From Verrucomicrobiales bacterium (GTDB lineage Bacteria > Verrucomicrobiota > Verrucomicrobiia > Limisphaerales > UBA1100): a stretch of 64,000 nucleotides of DNA. Below are positions 27,134-36,433 of the stretch, in pieces. Below the pieces are notes generated by a model, which did not search any database, was not told where the DNA came from, and saw nothing but the letters and a program-made list of their open reading frames with translations. Position 1 is the stretch's first letter; each line of letters starts with the position of its first letter. Location: the NCBI GenBank assembly GCA_038139415.1, contig JAYOSV010000001.1, forward strand, positions 158,536 to 222,535, read 5' to 3'. Made by a program: the position numbers and the translations under genes.

Positions 27134-27161
27134 AAAATACCAGAAAGTGTTGGGGGGTCAA
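27134..27161 (-). promoter_or_regulatory. Sigma70-like promoter of rplM-rpsI
   Basis: TTGACC, 16-nt spacer ending in TGG, then TATTTT. Confidence 0.5.
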
Positions 27162-27178
27162 TAGGTTTCTGGATATTT

Positions 27179-28321
27179 CTAGCTGTTTTTCTCTGTTTCA
27201 GCTTCTGCCGCTGGCTGGGCTGCGCTCTTGGCGGCTTTTTCGGCGGCTTTCTTTTCTTTCTCGGCGGCCGCTTTGGCTTGGGCTTCGGCGATTTCTTCGG
27301 GGGTTAATAAACGAGATTTGGCGAATTTTTCGAAGCGGTTGTAGCGGCGCAGGAGCTCGGGCAGCTTTTGAAGGGCCAAGAGCTGGCGTTTCATTTGTTT
27401 GTCCGGCTGGCCGGGAGTACCCCACCATTTTTCACCATCACTGATGTCGCGCATCACGCCGGATTGGGCGGCGATGGTGACGTTGTTGCCAATCCGGAGG
27501 TGACCGGCTAGACCGACTTGGCCGGCCAGAATCACGGAATTGCCCAGCTTCGTACTGCCGGCGATTCCGGCTTGGGCGACCACAAGGCAGTTTTCGCCGG
27601 TTGAGACGTTATGCGCAATTTGAACGAGATTATCGACCTTGGTGCCTTTTCCGATATGCGTGGGGCCGAGTGCACCGCGGTCAATGGTCACATTCGCGCC
27701 GATCTCGGCGTCGTCCTCAATTTCCACATTGCCGATTTGAGGAACCTTGAGGTGGCGCCCGCCTTCCTGGACGTAGCCGAAACCGTCCGATCCGATGATC
27801 GTACCGGCGTGGACCCGCACGCGGTTGCCCATCTTGGTGCGTGGATACAGGGTGACATTATGGAAGATCGCGCAGTCCTCGCCGATCTCGCAGTCTTCAT
27901 CCACGTAATTGTTTCCGTGCAAAACAGTTCGGGCGCCGATCTTGGCGCCGTCTGCAATGATCACATGCGCACCGATGCAGGCTTCTGGATGGACTTCGGC
28001 TTTATCAGAAATAATGGCCGAAGAATGGATGCCGGTGGGCGGTCCAGGTTCGGGGTAAAAAAGCGGCACCACTTTGGCAAAGGCCAGACGAGCGCTTGGA
28101 ACTTGGATCAGGACTTTGCGTTCGGAAGTGAAATCCTTGTCGACGATGATCGCGCTGGCTGCGCTTTGTTCGGCGCGTTCGAAGAAGGTGCGGTTTTCGG
28201 CGAAGGTAAGGTCGCCCGCCCGGGCGCGGTCGGCGGCCTGAAAGCCGGTGAGGGGCATAGTGCGGTCTCCCTGCACTTTTCCGCCCAATTGATCAGCGAT
28301 GTCTCCCGCTGTAAAACGCAT
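27179..28321 (-). CDS. lpxD: UDP-3-O-(3-hydroxyacyl)glucosamine N-acyltransferase with Ala/Glu/Lys-rich tail
   Basis: Hexapeptide repeats, IGSDGFGY, KVPQIG, TIDRG and DNLVQIAHN motifs. Confidence 0.95.
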   Translation of the reverse strand: MRFTAGDIADQLGGKVQGDRTMPLTGFQAADRARAGDLTFAENRTFFERAEQSAASAIIVDKDFTSERKVLIQVPSARLAFAKVVPLFYPEPGPPTGIHSSAIISDKAEVHPEACIGAHVIIADGAKIGARTVLHGNNYVDEDCEIGEDCAIFHNVTLYPRTKMGNRVRVHAGTIIGSDGFGYVQEGGRHLKVPQIGNVEIEDDAEIGANVTIDRGALGPTHIGKGTKVDNLVQIAHNVSTGENCLVVAQAGIAGSTKLGNSVILAGQVGLAGHLRIGNNVTIAAQSGVMRDISDGEKWWGTPGQPDKQMKRQLLALQKLPELLRRYNRFEKFAKSRLLTPEEIAEAQAKAAAEKEKKAAEKAAKSAAQPAAEAETEKNS

Positions 28322-28366
28322 GGCAAAAGCCTTTCAGTTAAGTTTGAGGTTGGGGCGCTAAAACGC

Positions 28367-28723
28367 CTAACGGTTGGCGATGATACCGTTGTGTTCGTCC
28401 AAAACAATCACTTTCGGTTTCCAGTCCGTGATTTCAGCTTCGTCAACGGATACAAAACTCATAATTGTCAGTCGGTCGCCAGTTTTTCCCAAATGCGCGG
28501 TGGCGCCATTGAGGATGATTGCGCCGCTGCCGGATTCGCCGGGGATAGCATAGGTCTCGAACCGTTCGCCGTTGCCCATGTTGCCGCAGAGCACGCGTTC
28601 GTAAGGCAGTAGGCCTACTTTCTCCATCAACGAGCGGTCCACCGTGAGGCTGCCTTCATAGTTGACGTTAGCGTCGGTCACCGCGGCCCGGTGGATTTTG
28701 GATTTAAGCAACTGAACCTGCAT
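28367..28723 (-). CDS. panD: Aspartate 1-decarboxylase
   Basis: KSKIHRA, YEGS cleavage site, GERFETY and LNGA motifs. Confidence 0.96.
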   Translation of the reverse strand: MQVQLLKSKIHRAAVTDANVNYEGSLTVDRSLMEKVGLLPYERVLCGNMGNGERFETYAIPGESGSGAIILNGATAHLGKTGDRLTIMSFVSVDEAEITDWKPKVIVLDEHNGIIANR

Positions 28724-28736
28724 TTTTTAATCGCCG

Positions 28737-28765
28737 TTGACTTGGCGGGGGGCGGCCAATATAAA
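28737..28765 (+). promoter_or_regulatory. Sigma70-like promoter for the oxidoreductase genes, overlapping a divergent panD promoter
   Basis: TTGACT-17 nt-TATAAA on the plus strand; TTGAAA-16 nt-TATATT on the minus strand. Confidence 0.55.
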
Positions 28766-28815
28766 GACCGCCCAACCGGTTTCAATGCAACTTTTCGTTT
28801 TTTTATTAAACCATC

Positions 28816-29979
28816 ATGAGTAGAAAAATTCGTTATGGAATGGTCGGCGGCGGTCGCGGCGCATTTATCGGCGCGGTGCATCGCATCGCCGCTAACATTG
28901 ACGGGCAGATCGAGCTGGTCTGCGGCGCCTTCTCCTCCAACCCGCGCAAATCCAAGGCTAGCGGCAAGGATTTCTTCCTGCCGGCCAAGCGTTGCTACGG
29001 CACGTTTCAGGAGATGATCGAGAAGGAAAAGCAATTGCCTGAAGGCGAGCGCATGGATTTTGTGTCAATCGTGACGCCGAACCATATGCACTTTCCGCCA
29101 GCCAAGATGGCGTTGGAAAACGGGTTTCACGTGCTCAGCGACAAACCGGCTACTTTTGATCTCAAGGAATCTAAGACCCTTGAGAAATTGGTGAAACAAT
29201 CCAAATGCCTATACGGTCTCACACACAACTACACCGGTTATCCACTGGTGAAAGAGGCGCGTGATATGATTGCCGCCGGCAAGCTGGGCAAGATTCGCAA
29301 AGTGGTTGTGGAGTATCCGCAGGGCTGGCTGGCCACGCGGCTGGAGGCCAGTGGTCAGAAGCAGGCCGACTGGCGCACGGATCCCAAGCGCAGCGGCGCC
29401 GCCGGTTGCATTGGTGATATCGGTACGCATGCGGAGAATCTCGCCGAGTATATCACTGGACTGAAGATCAAGGAACTCGCCGCGGACCTCACCACCTTCG
29501 TGAAAGGCCGCAAACTCGATGACGACGGCAATGTGCTGCTGCGTTTTACCAATGGCGCCAAGGGCGTGCTGCACAGCTCACAGATTTCTGTAGGTGAAGA
29601 GAACAACCTGAACATTCGCGTCTACGGCGAAACCGGTGGCATCGAATGGCACCAGAACGAGCCCAACACCCTGCTCGTGAAATGGCTCGATCAACCGATG
29701 CAGGTGTTCCGCACCGCCAACGGGTACCTCGGCGCCAACGCCGCGGCCGCCACGCGCACGCCGGCCTCGCACCCCGAAGGATACCTCGAGGCGTTTGCGA
29801 ATATTTACGTGAACTTCGCCAACCACATTCGCGCCAAACAGGAGCGCCGCAAGCTTGCCAAGGACGATCCTGCGCTGGATTATCCGAAGATTCAGGACGG
29901 CATCCGCGGCATGGCCTTCATCGAGGCGGTCGTGAAATCCTCCAAGAACAACGCCCGCTGGACCAAGCTGGCGAAATAA
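28816..29979 (+). CDS. Gfo/Idh/MocA family oxidoreductase
   Basis: GMVGGG..AFIG, TPNHMH, SDKP and DIGTH motifs. Confidence 0.92.
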   Translation: MSRKIRYGMVGGGRGAFIGAVHRIAANIDGQIELVCGAFSSNPRKSKASGKDFFLPAKRCYGTFQEMIEKEKQLPEGERMDFVSIVTPNHMHFPPAKMALENGFHVLSDKPATFDLKESKTLEKLVKQSKCLYGLTHNYTGYPLVKEARDMIAAGKLGKIRKVVVEYPQGWLATRLEASGQKQADWRTDPKRSGAAGCIGDIGTHAENLAEYITGLKIKELAADLTTFVKGRKLDDDGNVLLRFTNGAKGVLHSSQISVGEENNLNIRVYGETGGIEWHQNEPNTLLVKWLDQPMQVFRTANGYLGANAAAATRTPASHPEGYLEAFANIYVNFANHIRAKQERRKLAKDDPALDYPKIQDGIRGMAFIEAVVKSSKNNARWTKLAK

Positions 29980-30001
29980 GGTTGCGCCCAGATTAACTCC
30001 G

Positions 30002-30031
30002 CGCGCGACCTGAAACGGTCGCGCGTTTTTT
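30002..30031 (+). terminator. Terminator-like hairpin abutting the next start codon
   Basis: CGCGCGACC-TGAAAC-GGTCGCGCG-TTTTTT, then ATG at 30032. Confidence 0.7.
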
Positions 30032-31171
30032 ATGATGCCAAAGAAAACACTGAACATCGGCCTGATCGGATACCGATTCATGGGCAAGGCCCACAGCAAT
30101 GCCTGGCGGCAGGCGCCGCGCTTTTTTGATCTCAAACGCGATGTGCGGTTGCACACCATTTGCGGGCGCAACACCGCCGAGGTGGAAAAGGCGCGCGCGC
30201 AATTTGGCTGGGATCATGCCGTCAACGATTGGAGGACGGTGGTGGCCGATCCGGAGATCGACGTGATCGACATCAACACGCCGAATGATTCGCATGCCGA
30301 GATCGCCATCGCTGCGGCCAAGGCAGGTAAGCATGTGCTTTGCGAGAAACCGCTCGCGTTGGACGTGAAGGAGTGCCGCCAAATGTTGCAGGCCGTAAAG
30401 CGCGCCAAGGTCGTGCATATGATCTGCCACAACTACCGCCGCATCCCCGCCATCGCGCAGGCGAAGAAGATGATCGAGGAAGGCTCCATCGGCGAGATTC
30501 GTCATTACTACGCCCGCTATGCGCAGGGCTGGCTCGTGGATCCCAAGATGCCGCGTTTATGGCGACTTCAAAAGCAACATGCCGGCAGCGGTGCTCACGG
30601 TGATATTCATGCGCACATCATCGATTTGGCACGCTTTCTTGTCGGGGAATTCGACGAGGTGTGCGGACAACTGCATACCTTCATCAAGCAACGTCCGTTG
30701 CCGGAGAACCCTAAGAAGATGGGGCGCGTGACCGTGGACGATGCCGCCCAATGCATCGGGCGTTTCAAAAACGGCGCCCTCGCCAACCTTGAGGCCACCC
30801 GCTATGCCACTGGCCGCAAAAACCGCATTCACCTCGAGATCAACGGCTCCAAAGGATCGTTGGAGTTCAATTTCGAGGACATGAACCGGCTACAGTTTTT
30901 CGATAATACAGCACCCGCCGATCGTCAGGGCTTTGCTGGTATTATCGTTACGCAGAAAGATGGCGTGCATCCGTACGTCGGCCAATGGTGGCCGCCTGGG
31001 CACATCATCGGTTACGAACATACCTTCGTGCACACCATCGCCGACTTCATTAACGCCATTGCTCAAGGTCGATCCGTGCAACCGACCTTTGAGGACGGCC
31101 TAAAAAATCAGCAAGTCCTCGAAGCCGTCGAGCAATCCGCCGAGAAACACCGCTGGGTGAAAGTGAAGTGA
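30032..31171 (+). CDS. Gfo/Idh/MocA family oxidoreductase
   Basis: GLIGYRFMG, TPNDSH, CEKP and GDIHAHIID motifs. Confidence 0.92.
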   Translation: MMPKKTLNIGLIGYRFMGKAHSNAWRQAPRFFDLKRDVRLHTICGRNTAEVEKARAQFGWDHAVNDWRTVVADPEIDVIDINTPNDSHAEIAIAAAKAGKHVLCEKPLALDVKECRQMLQAVKRAKVVHMICHNYRRIPAIAQAKKMIEEGSIGEIRHYYARYAQGWLVDPKMPRLWRLQKQHAGSGAHGDIHAHIIDLARFLVGEFDEVCGQLHTFIKQRPLPENPKKMGRVTVDDAAQCIGRFKNGALANLEATRYATGRKNRIHLEINGSKGSLEFNFEDMNRLQFFDNTAPADRQGFAGIIVTQKDGVHPYVGQWWPPGHIIGYEHTFVHTIADFINAIAQGRSVQPTFEDGLKNQQVLEAVEQSAEKHRWVKVK

Positions 31172-31231
31172 GCTTCGAATAACTTCCCCTTTCCAATCGG
31201 GACCCATCTGCCACTGTGTGCCTAGGATTGT

Positions 31232-32701
31232 ATGAGCATTTCAGCTTCTTCAGACGACCGCGGGCAATGGGGTTCCAAACTCGGTTTCATCATGGCGGCC
31301 GCCGGTTCGGCCGTGGGCTTGGGTAACATCTGGCGTTTTCCATACGTCACGGGGGAAAACGGTGGGGCGGCGTTTGTGCTGGTTTATCTGGTTTGTGTGT
31401 TCCTCATCGGCGTGCCATTGCTGTATGTAGAATTGGCGCTGGGGCGGGCGAGTGGACGCAATCCGGTAGGGGCATTCCAAAAAACTAAACCCGGTACGCC
31501 GTTTATGTTTACTGGGATCTTGTGCTTGTTGGCCTGTTTTTTTGTGCTGACCTATTATGGTGTAATTGCCGGCTGGACGATCAGCTTTGCTTGGAGTCAA
31601 GTAACACAGACTCCATTGATGTTCACTGAATACATTGCAAAGCCAATGGCGGTATTGCCGGTTTTCGCAGGGTTTATCGCGTTAACCATTTGGATTGTTA
31701 GTGCCGGTGTGGAAAAGGGCATTGAAAAATGGTCAAAGATTCTCATGCCAATTTTATTTGTCATGATGTTGGTGATTATTGGCCGCAGCCTGAGTTTGGA
31801 GGGGGCGGGCAAGGGCATCAGTTATTATCTCAATCCGGACTTCAGCAAAATCGATGGAAAGGTTGTGTTGATGGCCCTGGGGCAGGCGTTCTTTTCGTTG
31901 AGCGTGGGGTGGGGACTGATGATTACCTACGGCTCTTATATGCCTAAGAGCCAGAACATCGTGACCAATGGCTTATGGGTGGCCTCTGCGGATACGCTGG
32001 TGGCGATTCTGGCGGGCTTCATGGTGTTTCCGGCAGTATTTGCCTTTGGAATGGATCCGGGCGCTGGACCGGGTTTGACGTTCGTGACGTTGCCTAAAGT
32101 TTTCGCTCAAATGCCCGCAGGCTGGGTGTTCGGTTCGATTTTCTTCTGCCTATTATCCGTGGCGGCTGTGACCTCTTCGATCTCCATGCTGGAAGTGCCG
32201 GTTTCTTATTTTGTAGACGATAAACAGTCGGCACGCAAAAAGGCAGCTATCATCGTGGGAATCTTTGCGTTCCTGATTGGCATCCCCTCAGCCATGGCCA
32301 ATGGTGGAAGCGAGTTTTTCAGTAATGTAGAGTTATTGGGAAAGAAGGGATTTCTCGATATCATGGATCAGGTGTTTGGTACGTTATGCCTCATCGTAAT
32401 TTCATTGTCCCTTAGCATCTACGTTGGTTGGATTTGGAAAACAGAACCGGCAGTGGAGGAAATATCCGAGGGGTGTCCGTGGTTTAAGCAACCCCTTCTT
32501 GCGGGTTGTTCCCCAGCTCAAGTGTGGGCGTTTTTCGTGAAATACATTTGCCCGGTTGTGATCAGTCTCGTGCTGGTGAACGCCCTCGGGTTGTTCGATC
32601 AGGAAAAGGCTGCGCCAACGCCTGACCCGGAGCCCGAAATTAAACAGGCGGCACCTACGCAAACGTCTCCTGAAGATAACGCAAGCTCTCCGACGCAATA
32701 G
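31232..32701 (+). CDS. Sodium-dependent transporter, NSS/SNF family
   Basis: GSAVGLGNIWRFPY, NGGAAF, QAFFSLS and GPGLTF motifs. Confidence 0.94.
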   Translation: MSISASSDDRGQWGSKLGFIMAAAGSAVGLGNIWRFPYVTGENGGAAFVLVYLVCVFLIGVPLLYVELALGRASGRNPVGAFQKTKPGTPFMFTGILCLLACFFVLTYYGVIAGWTISFAWSQVTQTPLMFTEYIAKPMAVLPVFAGFIALTIWIVSAGVEKGIEKWSKILMPILFVMMLVIIGRSLSLEGAGKGISYYLNPDFSKIDGKVVLMALGQAFFSLSVGWGLMITYGSYMPKSQNIVTNGLWVASADTLVAILAGFMVFPAVFAFGMDPGAGPGLTFVTLPKVFAQMPAGWVFGSIFFCLLSVAAVTSSISMLEVPVSYFVDDKQSARKKAAIIVGIFAFLIGIPSAMANGGSEFFSNVELLGKKGFLDIMDQVFGTLCLIVISLSLSIYVGWIWKTEPAVEEISEGCPWFKQPLLAGCSPAQVWAFFVKYICPVVISLVLVNALGLFDQEKAAPTPDPEPEIKQAAPTQTSPEDNASSPTQ

Positions 32702-33467
32702 CCTCCGGCCCTTCGTCGAATTTGAATACTTCTACAGACACGACGCCGTCGTAGTTTACTTCCTTGAGTGCGGCACCGATGGGCTTGAAATCTACGTCTC
32801 CAAAGCCGGGGCCCTTGAGGTTTTCGTCGTTGGCGTGGAAGTAACCGAATTCACCGGCACTCTCGCGGATGATCTCAGGGATCGGCTTACCCATGGAGCA
32901 CATGGCTTTCACATCAAGGATCACCTTGAAGTTGGGGCTCTCAAGTTGCTGCACAAACTGGATCGCCTCGGTGTGGGTGTTCACGAAATTAGTTTCGCTC
33001 GGAGCCAGCGGTTCGAAGTTGATCACCACATCGCGCTCGGCGGCATGCTTGACGCTGTCTTTGAACACGTCGGTGGCCCATTCCCACGCTTGCTCGTAGC
33101 TCACGCCTTCCATCAAGTTGCGCTGATATGGCGAGCCGACGATGATGGAGCGACCGCCGAAATCGGCACAGCAATCCACAAGGTCCACGAAGTAGCGCGC
33201 GGTCTTTTCGCGGATACTCGCGTCGGTATGAGTCATGTGCATGCCTTCGGCCTTCACGAGCACCCAGTGGATGCCGGAAATCTCGATGCCGGTTTTGGTC
33301 GCCAAATCTTTCACGCGCTGGCGTTCGGTGGCGGAGATGTCGGTGACGTAATTGGAAATCGTGAAGGGCGCAATCTCCAGGCAGTCGTAGCCGGTTTTCG
33401 CTGCGTAGGTCATAGTATCTTCCATTGACCAGCCTTCAAAAATCTCGTTGCAAATACCGAATTTCAT
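32655..33467 (-). CDS. Sugar phosphate isomerase/epimerase (AP-endonuclease-2 TIM barrel, D-tagatose/psicose 3-epimerase-like)
   Basis: EPL...ETNF, LD, HAND.N..GPG.G and SVEVF motifs. Start placed at MKFGIC. Confidence 0.85.
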   Translation of the reverse strand: MKFGICNEIFEGWSMEDTMTYAAKTGYDCLEIAPFTISNYVTDISATERQRVKDLATKTGIEISGIHWVLVKAEGMHMTHTDASIREKTARYFVDLVDCCADFGGRSIIVGSPYQRNLMEGVSYEQAWEWATDVFKDSVKHAAERDVVINFEPLAPSETNFVNTHTEAIQFVQQLESPNFKVILDVKAMCSMGKPIPEIIRESAGEFGYFHANDENLKGPGFGDVDFKPIGAALKEVNYDGVVSVEVFKFDEGPEAIASESLRYLQETFA

Positions 33468-33513
33468 TGGCCGAATGAGGCCGTTTGGCGGATGCTTTGT
33501 CGAGGAATTAGTC

Positions 33514-33732
33514 ATGAACGGCATGCGACTCTTTCAAACCTGCCCAGTAGACAACGCTGAATTGCTCGCTGTGATGCTGGGGAATCACGGCATCGAGGCA
33601 GTGGAGAAAATGATTGAGCCGATGCCCGAGGGCGAAGACGAATTCAGCCGCCCCGTGGAAGTGTATGTGCCGGAAGGCGAATACGATCGCGCCTATCAGC
33701 TATTCTTTGGGGATAGCGAGAATGAGATTTGA
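33514..33732 (+). CDS. Small acidic protein, DUF2007-like
   Basis: AELL..ML..HGIEA...VEVYVPE.EYDRA pattern; occupies the gap between genes. Confidence 0.6.
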   Translation: MNGMRLFQTCPVDNAELLAVMLGNHGIEAVEKMIEPMPEGEDEFSRPVEVYVPEGEYDRAYQLFFGDSENEI

Positions 33733-33792
33733 GTCCCCGCCCGGTCGGTTTTCAGAACAAGCGCCTTGGCGTGCTTGGAGAGCACGCCCTAC

Positions 33793-35457
33793 CTAGCCCA
33801 GCAACTCCTCCGCATGCTTACGGGCGGCGCCGACTTTGCCGCCGAGCATGCGGGCTATTTCATCTACTCGATCGGAGTCAGTCAATCGTTGGATGTTGGA
33901 TTCGGTACGGCCGTCGATGACGGCTTTGCTGACGACGTAATGCGTCTGTGCCGCGGCCGCAACCGGTGCTAGGTGGGTGATGCAGAGGACCTGACGTTGA
34001 TCGGAAATCTGCCGCATGCGATCGCCGACGGCATGGGCGGTTTCGCCGCCGACATTGGCGTCGACTTCGTCGAAGATCAAAACGGGAATGGAATCTTCGG
34101 CGGCGAGCACAGTCTTTAGCGCCAGCATCACGCGGGCGAGTTCGCCGGAGGAGGCAATGGCGCGCAACGGCCGGGCGGGTTCGCCGGGGTTGGGCGCGAA
34201 TTGAAACTCCACGGTGTCCAGCCCGGAGGCCTTGGCCTCGTCGGGGCGATCGGTGGAATTGAGCGCGACATCGAGCTGGCTTTGGGCAAAGCCGAGGTCG
34301 TTGAGATGCGCGGTAACGACCTTGGTCAGCTTGGGGATGAGTTTCTGCCGTTGGGCGGAAAGTTTTTGGCCGCTTTGGATGAGGTTGGTCTCAAGTGAAT
34401 TCAACTCGGCATTCAGCCGCGCCAATTCCTCATCGCGGCTCTCGAGTGTGGCAAGCTTCTGCGCGGCTTCTTCGCCGAAGGAATTTACCGCCTCGATGCT
34501 GCCGCCGTACTTGCGCTTGAGCGATTGCGCGAGGTTGACGCGTTCCTCTAGCGAGGCGAGTTGGGCGGGATCAATGTCCACGCGATCGGCATAAACGGTC
34601 AGGGCGCTTTGAAGTTCCTGTAAATTGGCGCGGGCTTCCTCGTGCAATTCGACCAGTCCGGCGGCGCTGTCATCGACCTGCTGCAGATCGCTCAGCACCC
34701 GGCCGAGATCACCGGAGCGGTCGAGTAGGGATTCTTCGTTTTCACTGACCAACTGTAAGGCACCTTGGCATAACTCCAGCAAACGTGCGGCGTTACTGGA
34801 GCGTTGGTAATCGGCTTCGAGATTTTCCTCTTCGCCGGGGTCCAACGCGGCACCGGTGATTTCCTTGACCTGAAACCGCAGCAGATCGAGCTGTTGCGCG
34901 TAGGTGGCCTCATCGACCACGAGATCGGCCTTGGTCTGCTCAATCTCAGTGCGGCGCTGGAGCAGGGTGGTGAATGCGGCGCGCGGTTGCTGCAGTCCGC
35001 CAAAGGCATCGAGAATGGCAAGCTGTCGTGCGGGATGTAGTAGCGACTGATGATCGTGCGGTCCGTGCATGTCTACCAGCCATTCGCCAATCCGCTTGAG
35101 CACAGCCAGAGTGGTGGCGCTGCCATTGACGAACTGGCGATTGCTGCCGGCGGTCGAGAACGTGCGTTTGAGGAGCAATTGGTTTTCCTCGCAGGATTCC
35201 AAACCGTGCTCTTCCAGAAACCCGGGCAGCGGCGCATCGAGTTGGGCGATATCGAAGGTGGCTTCGACGGTGCATTGATCAGCCTCGGCGCGTATGAGCG
35301 TACGATCGGCGCGTTCGCCTAGCACAAGATTGAGAGCACCGATGAGGATCGACTTGCCCGCACCCGTCTCGCCACTGATGGCATTGTAGCCGGTCCCGAG
35401 CTCCAGTGTGAGATCGGTGACCAAGGCAAGGTTGCGTATGCGTAGCGATTCCAGCAT
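33793..35457 (-). CDS. recN: DNA repair protein RecN
   Basis: GETGAGKS Walker A, HGPHDHQ, ASSGELAR, FDEVDANVGG and CITH motifs. Confidence 0.96.
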   Translation of the reverse strand: MLESLRIRNLALVTDLTLELGTGYNAISGETGAGKSILIGALNLVLGERADRTLIRAEADQCTVEATFDIAQLDAPLPGFLEEHGLESCEENQLLLKRTFSTAGSNRQFVNGSATTLAVLKRIGEWLVDMHGPHDHQSLLHPARQLAILDAFGGLQQPRAAFTTLLQRRTEIEQTKADLVVDEATYAQQLDLLRFQVKEITGAALDPGEEENLEADYQRSSNAARLLELCQGALQLVSENEESLLDRSGDLGRVLSDLQQVDDSAAGLVELHEEARANLQELQSALTVYADRVDIDPAQLASLEERVNLAQSLKRKYGGSIEAVNSFGEEAAQKLATLESRDEELARLNAELNSLETNLIQSGQKLSAQRQKLIPKLTKVVTAHLNDLGFAQSQLDVALNSTDRPDEAKASGLDTVEFQFAPNPGEPARPLRAIASSGELARVMLALKTVLAAEDSIPVLIFDEVDANVGGETAHAVGDRMRQISDQRQVLCITHLAPVAAAAQTHYVVSKAVIDGRTESNIQRLTDSDRVDEIARMLGGKVGAARKHAEELLG

Positions 35458-35537
35458 GCACGGGCATTGTGCGCGAACGGGCGTGCTAGAAAATAAAATT
35501 GTGTTCACCACCGCCAATAGGCAAGCCTGCGTGCCGT

Positions 35538-36326
35538 ATGGCGTTTGAGTTCACATTCCTAGGCACGGGCACATCCCAGGGGGTGCCAATTATCGGTCAC
35601 GATTATCCGGACGCATTTCTCGCCAACCCGAAGAACCACCGGACACGGTCGTCGATCTATGTTGTTACCGATGAAGTGAAACTGGTAGTGGACACGACAC
35701 CGGATTTTCGCACCCAATGTTTACGGGAAAACATCCGTGAATTGGATGCTGTTTTGGTAACGCACGCTCATACCGACCACATTATGGGTATGGACGATTG
35801 CCGGCGGTTTTGTGACATCCAGAAACGCCCTCTTCCAGTCTATGCGACGGAGCTGACCATGAGCCATCTGCGCCGCGTGCACGCACATGCGTTTCATGAT
35901 GGGAACCATCCGCGCGGGTATTTTGTGCCGGAAGAACACGTGATCAAAGGCAGCTTTGAGATTGGGGATTTGAAGGTCACGCCTCTGGCATTGCCGCATG
36001 GGAGCATGGGGTCCACGGGCTATTTGTTCGAACAGGGTGGGGAGAAGAAACTGGCTTACCTCACCGACGCCAAGGCCGTACCGAAGGAAGTGGTGCAGGT
36101 AGTAAAGGGCGTGGAGGTTGCCGTGCTCGATGCCTTGCGACCGGAGGAACATTGGACCCACATGAGCACGAGTGAGGCGCTATCGGCCGCTGAACAGATT
36201 GGCCCGGGGGAAACGGTTTTTACGCACCTGACTCACTACTATGACCACGATATCGATCAGGCTAAGCTGCCGGAAGGCGTGCGGTTGGCGTGGGATGGGT
36301 TGAGGGTGATTTCCAGCTCTCAATGA
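35538..36326 (+). CDS. MBL-fold metallohydrolase, PhnP/YycJ-like
   Basis: [17 protein letters not shown] and YLTD motifs. Confidence 0.9.
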   Translation: MAFEFTFLGTGTSQGVPIIGHDYPDAFLANPKNHRTRSSIYVVTDEVKLVVDTTPDFRTQCLRENIRELDAVLVTHAHTDHIMGMDDCRRFCDIQKRPLPVYATELTMSHLRRVHAHAFHDGNHPRGYFVPEEHVIKGSFEIGDLKVTPLALPHGSMGSTGYLFEQGGEKKLAYLTDAKAVPKEVVQVVKGVEVAVLDALRPEEHWTHMSTSEALSAAEQIGPGETVFTHLTHYYDHDIDQAKLPEGVRLAWDGLRVISSSQ

Positions 36327-36381
36327 CCAAGTCCCAATGACTCATTGGGACTTGGTCGGTGGGTTGTGGGAATTAGTCATT
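36321..36381. repeat. Heptamer-periodic palindromic repeat
   Basis: Perfect 16-bp inverted repeat GACCAAGTCCCAATGA-C-TCATTGGGACTTGGTC (36325-36357) inside a 7-nt periodic run. Confidence 0.75.
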
Positions 36382-36408
36382 AAAAAACGACCGCCGGTGG
36401 CGGTCGTT
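36382..36408 (-). terminator. Intrinsic terminator after the minus-strand TIM-barrel gene
   Basis: AACGACCGCC-loop-GGCGGTCGTT followed by a T-tract on the minus strand. Confidence 0.75.
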
Positions 36409-36433
36409 CTGGTAAGACTTTATCGGCCGTTTT

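Noticed and set aside
27611..28612. 333-aa plus-strand ORF
   Set aside because: Antisense shadow of lpxD/panD.
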